64,000 nt of DNA. It comes from Lingula anatina. Lineage: Eukaryota; Animalia; Brachiopoda. The position numbers and the translations under genes were made by a program. Shown here one piece after another: positions 1 through 13,571 of this stretch. The stretch is taken from positions 71,588,788-71,652,787 of the forward strand of contig CM120640.1 of the NCBI GenBank assembly GCA_051362555.1, in the 5' to 3' direction. Below the pieces are notes generated by a model that had not been told where the DNA came from, made no database searches, and saw only the letters and a program-made list of their open reading frames with translations. Positions within the stretch are counted from its first letter, which is position 1; every line of letters begins with the position of its first letter.

Positions 1-498
1 TTTGCACTAACTGATGGGCCAATTTATGTTACAGGATTTATCTTCTAGGATGGAAAAAGGCATATTGATCCAGTGGTTAAAGGCCAACACTGCTAATTAG
101 CTGGGTACATAAAGATGAATGGAAGTACCTCTGCAACCAAGTGGAAAATCTCATTGCGCCTGGTTCATGCTTCCACTACATACTCGTGACATTTACCGAA
201 GATTTCACACTAAGATTTCAGAAATCCTAACTCTGTAAGCTAACAATCCTCTCAGCAAATCTTCCCCCACACGCCATCTTGTAGCAAGTCAGAACAATTA
301 ATATCCCCCCAAGTATACAGCTCAGCAGAAAGCAATAGCATTATCTCTGATACTTGAAAGATTTTGCTGATATATTCTGTTTACTGAAATTTATAAACCT
401 ACTGTATCATGTTTAATAATCATAAATTATTGATCAATTGTTAAGTCATATAGAAGTCACACAAATCTATGCATATTCACTGAACAGCTACAAATAGG

Positions 499-856
499 TG
501 TCACTGGGGCAGTCACTGGGTTAGGGTGGGTGTCACTGGGGCAGTCACTGGGTTAGGGTGAGTGTCACTTGGGCAGTCACTGGGGCAGTCACTGGGTTAG
601 AGTGAGTGTCACTTGGGCAGTCACTGGGTTAGAGTGAGTGTCACTTGGGCAGTCACTGGGTTAGAGTGAGTGTCACTGGGGCAGTCACTGGGTTAGGGTG
701 GGTGTCACTGGGGCAGTCACTGGGTTAGGGTGGGTGTCACTGGGGCAGTCTCTAGGTTAGGATGGGTGTCACTGGGTTAGGGTGGGTTTCCCTGAGGTAT
801 TTACTGGGTTAGGGTGGGTGTCACTAGGGCAGTATCTGAGATAGGGTGCATGTCAC
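499..856. repeat. G-rich minisatellite (about 32-33 bp unit, GTCACTGGGGCAGTCACTGGGTTAGGGTGGGT) in the ADGRA intron
   Basis: About 10 imperfect tandem copies read directly. Confidence 0.9.
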
Positions 857-1128
857 ATTCATACAACAGGTATCAGAAAAACACGATGAGCTTTAATTTT
901 ACCTCATAAAACTGCCTTGCTTAGCATTTCTGTGCACTTCCATATGAATATATTGACCAAAACTAAACTTGTATGAACTTGTACTTAATTCTCAGAAGTT
1001 ACTACAATACAGTGTTTGCTGGCATGATTCCCCCGCAGCCCAGTCCCTCTAATCTGTTGACGTCTTGATTAGCTTTACTCCTCCTTTCTACACCATGGCA
1101 TGTGCCGGTTATTAACACTGCCTTTATA

Positions 1129-1164
1129 GTGTGTGTGTGTGTGTGTGTGCGTGCGTGTGTGTGT
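1129..1164. repeat. (TG)n microsatellite
   Basis: Directly visible. Confidence 0.95.
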
Positions 1165-3237
1165 CAGATATTCTTTTCAAAAAGCCATGACAACTTACGG
1201 CAGTGTTTTAAATTGCTTTTTTCTCCCAAGTTAAATTCACATTGGTGGATAAATCCTGTATAATACACCTCTAATAAAAAAAGGCCAACAGCATGCATTA
1301 AAATACTTTCAAAACCACATTCTTCTAACAAAAATCAAACTTGACTTGTTTAACATGTCTACCCAGTGAGTGTACTGTACAGTACAGCCCTGGGGTAAGC
1401 TGTAGAGGATCAGTGCTGGGAGTTGAGTAGCCCCATGTGAGGCTGTGGTTCACAGTTAATAAGCTGTCTTGTTAACAATCTACATCCTACAAGCTAGCTT
1501 ACATCACCCTACCTCTCACCATGGGTCAGATCTTCCCTATCACTGTTATCAAATACCTGACCAGTTTCTCATTAAACCCATATTTGGACCTAGGTCTACT
1601 GGCTGAACAAGGCAGAATTACCTTGAATTTGTCATTTCTCATTTACATTCTAATGTTCTGTAGTTAAAATGCTCAGTCCATGCCACAATCTACTTCCACT
1701 GATCTACTGTCACAATTCTTATATTAGGAAAATATACTCTGTGTGGAATAAAGACCAGAGAGTTCAAAAGAAGATATCTATGCATTTCATCTCCACATAA
1801 ACTCTTAGATATCATACAAGTCAATTCATTATCCCTTCATCAGGCTCCTGTTTCCCTGTATAGCTACAACAAATATGGCTTATGAAAAAAACAAAACACC
1901 ATCCCAAAGAGCATGATCTGAACCTTGAGCAGCACGCACCACATAAAGAGCATTTCCAGTGAAATTAGATTGATGCCAATATTAATGCAATTTTATCCCA
2001 GCCTATTGAAGATGGTCCACAAAGATTGATTGTCAGTGTATAAAGAGATTTCTTACAAATCCTCAGCAGTAAAATCAATGCACGGATCTGGAGAAGAATG
2101 ACAGCAGTTGCCAGGCTATTGAACTGACATCTAAGAACGGTCTTTTTTTTCTTCTAAAACTGTGTTTGGGGATGAACATGGTCTCTTCCTTGTGGGTGAT
2201 TTAGCACAATATCTCCTCTAGTCCATTCATTGTAGACTCACTATAAAATCTGAAATCTTACTTATCACCTGATATACACAAATCCTCTCTTGTTGAGATG
2301 TTAAAATATTTGGCCATGAAATCATGAATTTTTCTGCACAATTCAAGCTTTCATACATTTCTATGGTGACTGCATAAATCAGCTAATTCCAGAGATGGGA
2401 ATGAGGAAAAGATTTAGCCCAGCCAAAGACAGCAGCCAGGAAACCCAGCCAATATAATAAATAGTTTAAAATGAGGGCAGAAAAATAAATCAGCAGGCTG
2501 ATTCTTTAATAACATTGTGTAATCATCAACAGTGGAATTATTTGTGTGAAGAACCTAAACCTTCCAGTCTATTATGTTGATGTCTAGCTGTCAGTGAGCT
2601 GGGGTCTAAGTGTATTCTGATCAACTGGACATCAATATTAATTCACTGCCAGTCTAATGTATACTCTCTCACAGTGACTGAAAACCACCAGAACAGTTAG
2701 TGTGTGTAACATATACCAAGGCACACTGTGCATAACTGAGATATAATATACAAGAGATTGGAAATCTAGCTTGCTAGGGGCTATACTGCCATATCAACTC
2801 CAGAGCCCAAATATCCAGATATGGCTACTAATATTGTGAAGAAAAAATAATTTTGTATTATTTAGGAGAAACCATGAACATAACAGTGGATGCATGAACT
2901 GTGTGACAGAATGTTTGCCTCGTTTTCTTGATATAATACTCTTTTAAGATATTCTGCACCAATCATTTTATATAAGTATTCTGTATCAATGTTTTAATAA
3001 ATGTTATCAATGGGTTCAAACCTCAAACATCAATATTATACCTGCTAGTACTATAACAATAAACAGATATGACAGAAATGTTTTAAACAAATTAATTTTA
3101 ACCAAAACCTGTGCATACCTAGAGATCAGTAGAACTAGACGTTATATATAACAAAAATGAGATCTATTGGGGAAGGGGGGGAGAACATTTGTAATGATAG
3201 CCATGACTCTCTGATGCCAAAGCTTGTAAATAAGTTA

Positions 3238-4143
3238 ACCTAAACCATTGCACACCTAGTCATCAGTTTAGGTATCCATCTCTACCTAAACCGCTGTACA
3301 CCTAGTCATCACTTTAGGTATCCATCTCTACCTAAACCACTGTACACCTAGTCATCAGTTTAGGTATCCATCTCTACCTAAACCACTGTACACCTAGTCA
3401 TCACTTTAGGTATCCATCTCTACCTAAACCACTGTACACCTAGTCATCACTTTAGGTATCCATCTCTACCTAAACCACTGTACACCTAGTCATCACTTTA
3501 GGTATCCATCTCTACCTAAACCACTGTACACCTAGTCATCACTTTAGGTATCCATCTCTACCTAAACCGCTGTACACCTAGTCATCACTTTAGGTATCCA
3601 TCTCTACCTAAACCACTGTACACCTATTCATCAGTTTAGATATCCATCTCTACCTAAACCACTGTACACCTAGTCATCACTTTAGGTATCCATCTCTACC
3701 TAAACCGCTGATCACCTAGTCATCAGTTTAGGTATCCATCTCTACCTAAACCACTGTACACCTAGTCATCACTTTAGGTATCCATCTCTACCTAAACCGC
3801 TGTACACCTAGTCATCAGTTTAGGTATCCATCTCTACCTAAACCGCTGTACACCTAGTCATCAGTTTAGGTATCCATCTCTACCTAAACCGCTGTACACC
3901 TAGTCATCAGTTTAGGTATCCATCTCTACCTAAACCACTGTACACCTAGTCATCACTTTAGGTATCCATCTCTACCTAAACCACTGTACACCTAGTCATC
4001 AGTTTAGATATCCATCTCTACCTAAACCACTGTACACCTAGTCATCAGTTTAGATATCCATCTCTACCTAAACCACTGTACACCTAGTCATCACTTTAGG
4101 TATCCATCTCTACCTTAACCACTGTACACCTAGTCATCACTTT
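3238..4143. repeat. 46-bp minisatellite, about 20 copies
   Basis: Unit CCTAAACCACTGTACACCTAGTCATCACTTTAGGTATCCATCTCTA; period 46 (TAAACC at 3241, 3287, ...). Confidence 0.95.
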
Positions 4144-4784
4144 ATCCAGTCTACAGAACTGTGGTATTAACTACTGACCATCAACACTACTTAAAGCACC
4201 ACAGTGTCCAGAGGGAGCTCTCTGACCACAAGGTCTAGTCTGGAGATCTGTGGTATTAACTACTGACCATCAACACTACTTACAGCACCACAGTGTCCAG
4301 AGGGAGCTCTCTGACCACAAGGTCCAGTCTACAGAACTGTGGTATTAACTACTGACCATCAACACTACTTACAACACCCCAGTGTCCAGAGGGAGTTCTC
4401 TGACCACAAGGTCCAGTCTACAGAACTGTGGTATTAACTACTGACCATCAACACTACTTACAACACCCCAGTGTCCAGAGGGAGTTCTCTGACCACAAGG
4501 TCCAGTCTACAGAACTGTGGTATTAACTACTGACCATCAACACTACTTACAACACCACAGTGTCCAGAGGGAGCTCTCTGACCACAAGGTCCAGTCTAGA
4601 GAACTGTGGTATTAACTACTGACCATCAACACTACTTACAACACCACAGTGTCCAGAGGGAGCTCTCTGACCACAAGGTCCAGTCTAGAGATCTGTGGTA
4701 TTAACTACTGACCATCAACACTACTTACAACACCACAGTGTCCAGAGGGAGCTCTCTGACCACAAGGTCCAGTCTCGAGATCTG
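4144..4784 (-). repeat. 89-bp tandem repeat (7 copies) made of the ADGRA exon 3' end, the splice donor and the intron start
   Basis: Donor motif (plus-strand TTAC) recurs at 4725, 4636, 4547, 4458, 4369 and 4280; the copy at 4191 is mutated to TTAA. Confidence 0.95.
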
Positions 4785-4928
4785 CGAATTGACATCTGAG
4801 CAGACGACTTTCTTCCCCATGACTCTGTCTTCACTGTCCTTCTTCAGTGTGCAGCTACAGCTCAGTGGACATCCACTGCCCACGGTCACAACTGACCACA
4901 GGACTATGATCCAGCTGGTAATCCTCAT
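4729..4928 (-). CDS. ADGRA3: First coding exon of an adhesion GPCR A (GPR125/GPR124-like, LRR-type): signal peptide plus LRR N-terminal cap; gene continues left of this exon
   Basis: MRITSWIIVLWSVVTVGSG signal peptide, CPxxCxC, KVVCS and LPxDTVVL resemble the ADGRA3 N-terminus (KVVCS...LPNRTVTL). Phase-2 donor GTAAGT after 4729. Acceptor at 5001-5002; candidate non-coding exon ends at 5600. Confidence 0.75.
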
Positions 4929-5714
4929 AATGAATTAACTGCTACATCCATAGTGTGTGTAGACTGCTCCATGATATCCTGTATTCCATATTGATACTAC
5001 CTGAAATCTAATCAAAATACAGACATCAGCATTGGCAATGCCCCATCTTCAATATTCCTTTATGTATACACCTCTTTAACAAAGAGCATGTGAAAAATGT
5101 TCTCAAATACACTCAAATGTTAAAAATTGGTGGGTTTATCCATTTTGGCAGTACTAATACTAGTAAATTTTAAGATCCATGTTAAGTGTAAAGGAGTGAA
5201 AGTCTAGTTCTATCACTGATGTGCATTACATGGAAACAAATTTCTGTCTAGTTTTAAGACTATATAATAACTGAGAAAAATAAAGTGAGTATGAAAAAAG
5301 ACTTAATCACGGTGGAGCCGGTGATTGTACGCTTTCAGTGACTAGAATGAACCTGACGGAGAACCCTAATTTCACCTGTTAATTATCGGTGGACGGCGAA
5401 TGGCTCAACATAAGGTATCTGACCAGAGATACGTTTTCTGTGCATCCTAAAGAAGCCTAGTATTACTAAATACTACAGTGCTGAGACAGAGTGCGGCGAT
5501 AGACCACACAGCAGGCGGCCTACACACATACTCTGTAATCCTGCACGCTTTACCGGAACTTTAGCGGTTTACTTGCCAAAAAAATCAGCCTTGACTTACC
5601 ATTAAACCTTCCTGTTCCACTGATCGTCCTCACATTATGATAACTAAGCAAATATTCGCACAATTTTCAAACAAAACATACCCACATTTCAGTGAGTCTC
5701 AGTCCTTTCAGAAG

Positions 5715-5775
5715 AGGCGGTGACGTTTTCACAGCAAATATTTTGATTGGCCAATGCAAACCAATCAGGTCACCG
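5715..5775 (-). promoter_or_regulatory. Candidate ADGRA promoter: CCAAT boxes and a CRE half-site
   Basis: GATTGGCCAAT and CCAATC at about 5745-5766 and TGACG at 5721, just upstream of the candidate non-coding exon ending at 5600. Confidence 0.45.
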
Positions 5776-8426
5776 GTAGGTGGCTTTTGAGCAAGTGCCC
5801 CAAGACACTCTCTAAAGCATGCCCATGTAAATGATTAAGTTGAAATCAGGACTTTTTTTAGTAATTAGTACTTTAACAACGTCGGATAATCATTATCTTT
5901 AATTATATTGGTGCATTTACTTAACTTTGTAGTCCCCAATTTGACACATCAACTTTTATTCAATCCGAAACCCGCCTATTACAGTATGGTTGTTTGTCTG
6001 CTCCATGTCTAGGGGGTTTTGCTTCAAAATATTCAACAAAAATTTATTTTTAATCTCGCCTCTTGAACAATTTCCTGGAAATTTTAGCTCCAAGCATAAA
6101 GATCTACATATTATTATATATTTTTACGCAGACTCCGGAAACGTTACCTGGGTTCAAGGTTTCTATACAGTTTAACTGGTGTAAGGACACTTTTTTAATA
6201 ATAATAATTATTATTATATTATTATTATTTATAGAGCACAGAAATGTTTTTTACATTCAGAGGCTCTCTAACTACTATATATTATACATATGGAAAGATA
6301 GTAATAATAATAAAAAAAAAACTTTTAATTTTGCTTTTTGTAAAAATACTATTTTTGAACATATTTCATTTCATATTGTAATATATCTTACATACCCTTT
6401 AGGAAAGAAAACAGACCATCTGAACATTGTATGATAGTCATCATTTTTTTTTTTTTTTGGCACAAGCTGTAATTTTTCCTCACCGTTAGCTTACGGACGA
6501 TGGCCTTCAATATTAGACTGATGAGTAGTATACATTAATTGTTACGTACTTACTCAACACTGACCTAAAATTCCAGATTGTGTTAAAACAATTAATATTA
6601 TATAATTCAAATACCAAGCGAATGGCATTTTTGCTTAACTGAACATTTTCTTACACTAGAAATCCAATTGAGTGCGCAATGGTCCTCACTTTAATCCAAA
6701 CACGTACTGTACCGGTACGTACTGAGATGTACTACAGATCAAGAAATCTGAAAAACTATCTCTCTATTACAGGTATATCTCATTTCCTAAAATTTTTATG
6801 TATTTTGCAATATATAGTAACATTTTGCTTAGGCGACATCTAGGTTTTACAGTTCCTGTTTAAGGTGGGATATGTACAAGTATTGTTGGCTAGGGGCCTT
6901 GTAATATGAACAATTCTGCGTTTTTGGTCCCTGTTTTGAAACAACTGATGCAGTTCAATTGGTTAATCATATCATGTTAAAGTATTTTACTTATGTTTTA
7001 TTTCTATTCAGCTAAATCTTAGATGAATTAATTGTATTGTTTTTTCCCAATATTTAATATAGAAATCAGTTTAAAATCACTTTATTTTCTCTGCCTATAC
7101 TGAAAATGATTAGGCAAAATAAGAGGTTTCCTTGACAAAGCTAATTTTCTTTTCTGGGACCTTTGGCTTATGCTCTACCCCTCTCTGCTTACACAAAACC
7201 TACCAAAACAAAACTAATGCAAAAGCCTATCTAACCATACCATGTCCAGATGATGTTATCGTTAACCAGGAACATATCGGTTATGATTGTGATAGTTGTT
7301 CTGGTTGAGACAAACTATTTTATAGGCATGTGTTCAAGTCAAAAACTATTTAGTTGAACGTGGACATAGCACAAGATACTTTGCATTTTTAATCAACCGA
7401 AAATTGCGATTTTGGTTGAGGTGGAAGTGATTTAATTACCTATAAAGTGGATTTAATGTGCCTGTAGTCATAAGTTCATGCTACCTCAAAAGAATATAAA
7501 GATGACATGATGCAACCCCCAGTACAAATATATTCCCGTTCAGTCAAAGTTTCACCAGATCCATTGCTCGGCCAAAAAAAATATACGCCATAATATAAAT
7601 AATTTTTATATTTCCCATTGTCTATTAACTGTTAGTTGTCAATCGTATTTTTAAACCACAAATAAACCACAAATAAAATAAATTCAAATCTGAATTGACT
7701 TGTTCTTATTGTGAAAGTATCAGTTTAAATAACGATTGGATTAAAACTTTATTTTTTTCAAAATCGGATCTTTATAATTCGACAAAATATTACTTAATAT
7801 TAATACAAAATCACAGTCGTTAACTAAATGCACGAATTAAGTGTTCTCTAATAACGATTTTAATTGTTGCAGATATAAAAACTATCCCTGGTGTATAAGG
7901 AGTGCGTGACGTCATGAAGTTACGTCTGACCAACAACCAGAGCTCATGAGGGTCTGTTGTCCCACAGAACAGCTATGGCCCTATATATTTGGTCTTAACA
8001 GTACTTAAATTCAAAATTAGATCTGCTGCAGTCATGATAAATCCACAGTTGTCTGCTTAAATAAATTAAATTAAGTATTGGTTTGAAACGTAGACATGTC
8101 TTCAATCCTGTTTGAAAACAGTCACAGTACATGTACATGTGTACTTCGTCTAGTTGGACTACCAACAATTTGTCTTTTGTCCAATTAGATAAAAAATAGG
8201 TTTGAATTTCAAAGTGATTTTAGAACAGTTTTAGTCTTTGGTTCTATGGAGAAACAAGCCCCAGATGCCCTGGAACCTCCTGGAAAATGGTGATCTTAAA
8301 TATAAAAATTTCTGTCATGTGAAAATAACCAGTTAAAAACATTCAATTTCCTCCACTGCTCCGTTACAGTGCATGAACTGCACATCTTCACAAATCTTGC
8401 CCGCCCGCCTTCAGAGCCCGGCAATC

Positions 8427-8650
8427 TAAGAGTGCATTCCCATAGATTGTTAGATCGATCTATCCCCGTGGGGAGTCTCACTAGATTGTTGTCAGCCTGA
8501 CTGGCTTAAATGTCTGTCCCGCCTACTAAAAGGGGTAATTAACTTTTGTGCGCGTTCGGCTCTCGGAAACTGACAGCAATTTAGCGTGAACCCCCAAGGA
8601 GTTAGGTCAATCGGGATAGATCGATCTAAATCTATGGGAACCCAGTCTAA
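8427..8650. mobile_element. MITE-like element with imperfect TIRs (TTCCCATAGATT..TAGATCGATCTATCCC)
   Basis: Inverted match between about 8437-8467 and 8613-8640. A related copy ending ATGGGAACCCAGTCT lies at about 22902-23170. Confidence 0.6.
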
Positions 8651-9786
8651 GTCTGACGTACGTGATGCACACTCAACCTGTTACTAGGTTAATTAGGGAG
8701 CGTAAATTAAAGGAGTGTGAAAAGACCAGTTTTTAAAAGTTAACAAAATATGCTCAGACTCAAACACATTTAGTTCCAGCCTTACATTTTGGTACAAACA
8801 AAGAAAATTTTAAAATTATTTACTTGTATCAATGCTACAGTGATATTACAAAAGCTATTGGATTGAAATGTTTACACATAAAAATACACCACCATGTGGT
8901 AGTAAAAAGTAAAATATATTGAATCAAAGTGTATCAAAATCAAAAAAGCTTTTTTTTCCTCTCAGAATTGTAGAGATGTTGCCTTGCAACATAACTCTTT
9001 TAAAACTATGATTTCATATTATGATATAAGTTAAAATTTAAAAAATAAATGTTTTTTTTTTTTCATTTACACAATGCTATCGACACATCAATTGTCATGC
9101 ATTGTATTTTAACAAAAAGGTTTAACTTATGATTTCTAGTGCAGCAGGGATCAAGACAAACAGACACGATTCTTTCCAACCATACTTGAATAATGCACAA
9201 ATAGGACACTTAATTATTTCACTAATTGTTAATGCTACATCAAGTCAGTTAAGCTTGAAAATGATGTGATTAACTTCGTCAGTGATTTACTTCTTGACTT
9301 GTACTTCTTCACATTAACAGATGTCAACACACAACCTCACCAAGTCAGAAAGATTAAATAGGACAAAATCTATTTGTTAAAACTATAGTACACACAGTTT
9401 GCAAACAAATAAACACATCAAAAAAGCTTGCATCTCAAATTATCAAAGTTGTAATTTTCTTAATTGTCCACAGTGAATGACGACAAGTAGGTTTGAGTGC
9501 GTACACTGCAGCTACACCTCCAGCCTTAAGTGTTTTATGTTGACAGAAGTTATTTTAATATATTCATTTGTCTTTTTTCAAGTATAAGCTCTCCTACATG
9601 TGCAAAAAAAGGCTTCAAGCTGTGACACACCACTCAAACTTTCATCATCACACACTGACTGGTTTACAGCTAAATTGCTTGCTAATTCTTCTCTGCCTAG
9701 TTAGTGTCAGCTACACGGAAGAACTACTTATATTCTGTAGCTCTGTAATTAAGTCCACGATGGCATCAAGTGAATATCTCTGTAGT

Positions 9787-12700
9787 TTAGATATTCTGAG
9801 GTTTACCGCACTCCACCATGGCATCAAGTGGCTCCACCTTAAAAGGTGCATCAATCCAGTGTTTGAATTGACATGGCTTGTAATACTGTCCATCCACAGT
9901 CTTCACATTGAATGCTTTGATAGCAATGACATAGTACATCTCACCCTCATAGAGGGCCAGGGTTCCCCATTCTAAACTTGGACATTTCGCGCAAACAATC
10001 TTCTTCTGCAATTCCATGCCATCAATGTGAATGACCTTCTTAGGATCTTTGAGCTGGATCTTATTCTGAAAATCTTCATCTAACACAACATGGTGGCTCT
10101 CTTTGATTTTTCTCAGATTTGCAGTACTCGCTGCAAATGTTTGACATTTGCGACAAACAAGATGGAATTCCTCAGATGATTTTTTAGCTAATTTTTTCTG
10201 ACGCTTAATAGCTTCTATGTCCATCTTTTTTATTTCCTCTCTCTGAAAAGTCATTATTTGCTGCGACACATCTTCTCTTTCCAGTTTCCTTTTCATCACG
10301 GCTACCGCTTTATTCATCATTTTTTCCTTCTGACAGTTGAGAGCTGCCTTTAACTGAAAACGATCCTCTGCCATTACGTAAGAGGTGGCATCCTTTGCTC
10401 GGTTTCTTCCTAAGATAAATATTTAATATGATATATGGTAAGATCAAAATTAATAGTAATAGCAAGATTATGCCCATCTCCCTTAATAGTAAAATAATTG
10501 CAACCTAAAAAACCAAAAATCACAATATCATATAAAATACTATCAATCTACTTGGTGTCATATCTTTGTATTTTCTGCTTTATTCAATTCTGAAATGTTA
10601 ATTCACAATGTAACTGTTACCTCTTGTTTGAACTGTGCTGATTTCATTTCCAATATGGTTGTATAATATGACAAAGTTGCACTCAGGAATATCCAGACCT
10701 TCTTCAGCCACTGTTGTTGCAATCAGAAGACGGCATTCACCCGTTCTAAATTTGGCCAGAATGTTTTCTTGCTCATGTTGAGTCATCCCTAATTATGGAC
10801 AAACATTTAAATATTAATTAACTATCAATACACACAATCATGACTGTCAGGTATAGTAAATTAGGCCAGATTTCCATTATTTGGCAAAACACAGCAAATA
10901 CCCAAAATGTTTTTTCAAAGCTAGAAATGTTAACATTAAGACAACACTTCTATGCTCACCTCCTTGTTCTTCTGAGGCCCGTGCCCCCGTAAACTTCTCT
11001 GGTCTGACAGTTTCCGCAAGGTCCAGTTCCGTCAGCCAGTCATACAGTGCCTGCACTATGGCTAATGTGGTCACAAAGATGATGCCCCGGGAATGTAGAG
11101 CCCTGGTGTTACCTTCAATACGCTGCTGAAGCTGGAGGAGTCTTGGGTTTTGATACCTGGGATCCTCAGCGAGTTTGATGACTTCTGGACGCACATCTGC
11201 AAATTATAAATAAAGTTTACAAAAATGTTCCTTTCTGCAGTACATGTATATACAAAATTAAAATCCTGAAATTTGACTATAATCAAAATGGAAAAGGATA
11301 TCAGTTTTGTTTCCTTGGAATGTTGCAGCTGATAGTTAACAGCAGCTGTTGTAAAATAATCTGATGTACAAGTTAAACTTTCGGTTCTTAGAGTTCATAC
11401 CTTCAAACATTTGGAACAGCTCTTTTTCCAATGCAGTTTGTATATGCTGTCTGGTGCTGTAAGGTGAAAACTTCTGTACTAAGTACTCCACAGCATCCGA
11501 GGTCCTGGCATTTCTGTTCACCCCCAGGGCTACATTATATCCCTGCAACAATATTCAATTAAACATTTAACCTAGTTACAAACAATTAAATTTAAAGTTA
11601 CTGTGGCTACAGACCCAACTTGCTTAACTAATCTTTGGCATAAACCTATATAACAACACTGTAGGGGTCCATATTCCTCCCTGCCCAGGTTCTTCTAATA
11701 TATTTCACTTGTCACTAATGCATGGCAGGGCCGTAGCCTGAGCATAATGCCAGGGGGGGGCAGTAAGCGGACACGAGGGGGCGAAAGTAACCGAGGGGGG
11801 AGGGTGTGGTGTGTAAAATTCCAAATTTCAGGGGGGTAGCTGCCCCCCCTGCCCCCCCCCCCCCCCCCCCCCCGGAGGCTACGGCCCTGCATGGGTGAAA
11901 TTTTATACTGGATAAGCATAACATATGGGGCTATTTGGGTACTCTAGCTTTGTTTTTATTAGTGGTATGCATAGGAATCTTTTGTCTAAAAAATTATGGA
12001 AATATAATATGTCGAAAATTTATTTTACAGAAAAAGAACAGGCGCAATCAAGATGCAGAAAGCAGGAGTCCCACGGAAAGACCATCTGTAATCGTATAAC
12101 ATTCATCAAGACACTGTTACTCCGTTAATAGTCAGAACGCAGGACTCGATTGAGCCACTGCGTTCCCTATATGATAAAGATTTCAAATTCCAGGATTAAA
12201 CCGCAAATTTCCCAGCTTGTAAATCATCTGTGTGGATGCGATCTTATTGCTGCATCAGAGACTTGATAGTAAGATTAAATCCACACACGGATATACTAGT
12301 ATGTCACATAAATATCGATGTGGACTGTTGATTGTGTACGATAGGTTCAATTTTCATGATATGTATATTGTTTTTTAGCTAAGGGGAGGTTACGTTAAAC
12401 TATCACGACCCTGGGAAGGGGCTTCGACACTATGATCCTGGGAAGGGACTTTGACACTTCGACCTGGGAAGGGACTTTGACACTACGACCCTAGGAAGGG
12501 TCTTTTAGAGTGGGAACTGAAGATGTAAGTTTGTGGTTATATTCCCTCTCCCATGCATCAGTGACAAGTGAAATATTAGAAGAACCTGAGTAGGGAGGAA
12601 CATGGACCCCTACAACACGTACAAGTTCATTTAAAATACCATATGTCCTTTCACTTACACAAATCCCACAACAGAGTTACCACAGAATTAATCACAAGTT

Positions 12701-13488
12701 TGAGCTATCCCATGAAAACAACAAACCTGGAGATAATCTGTGCAGGTAACAATGGTGCGGGTCAGCTCTGGATTTTGACTCACTGTTGGGGCTATCTTGC
12801 CCAGCTGTGTCGCCCACTGGTGGTATTGCTGGCTGTCACGCTCATTGGGAGCTTTGGTTAAGGCCTTATTACCACTGCTCAGCAGGTCATAACAGACTGA
12901 ATGATGATATAAACAGTTTGATTGGATGACAAAAAAAAACACATAATGATACATAATGATTGCTTAAACTTCCACTTTAAATTTTTTTTAATTAAAAGGT
13001 ATCATTGATTTTTATCACAAATTTTACCTTAGATTTTGTATTTTAACCAAATTTGAAATCACTGCCCAATACAAATATCATATAGTTCAAAAATACAATG
13101 CTGAAATGTTAAGAATATTTTTGATACTGGCCTGAAACTCCAATCTAGATGATAATTACCCATACAATTATAACGAGAGGATGTGAAAATTACATTTTAT
13201 TTCTGTATATGCCACTAATAAGGTCAAAGGTATGTAATGGTCCATGAAGAAAAATAATTTAGAAAGTGAGAGTGACCAAAATTACTATATACAAAAGTCA
13301 ACTCCTGCAGAACTTTTTATCCTTTTACTGTTATCTTTATACGAACTGGTGACATAGAAAAACAATCAAAATAAGTCAAATTTTCTATGTCCACTGATGT
13401 ATTTTTAAGTGTTCTAATTATTTCTGTTCAGTTATTCAGCATAAAAGCTGAGAAATCAACTGATTATACACCAGTTAATTGTCACTGC

Positions 13489-13571
<83 letters not shown>

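Noticed and set aside
499-856. TTAGGG motifs as interstitial telomere (also 39300-39780)
   Set aside because: Single TTAGGG hexamers inside longer minisatellite units, not (TTAGGG)n arrays.
1-3237. Further ADGRA LRR exons
   Set aside because: I found no phase-2 exon with an LxxLxLxxN pattern; probably all intron, though a small exon could be missed.
3238-4784. Regular repeat arrays as possible CRISPR (also 31411-33863, 36398-38087, 53241-54808)
   Set aside because: Units are head-to-tail with no unique spacers, no cas genes are present, and the context is eukaryotic introns.
9568-9975. 135-aa plus-strand ORF overlapping the RLR 3' end
   Set aside because: TTG-started antisense shadow of the RLR last exon with no recognisable motif.
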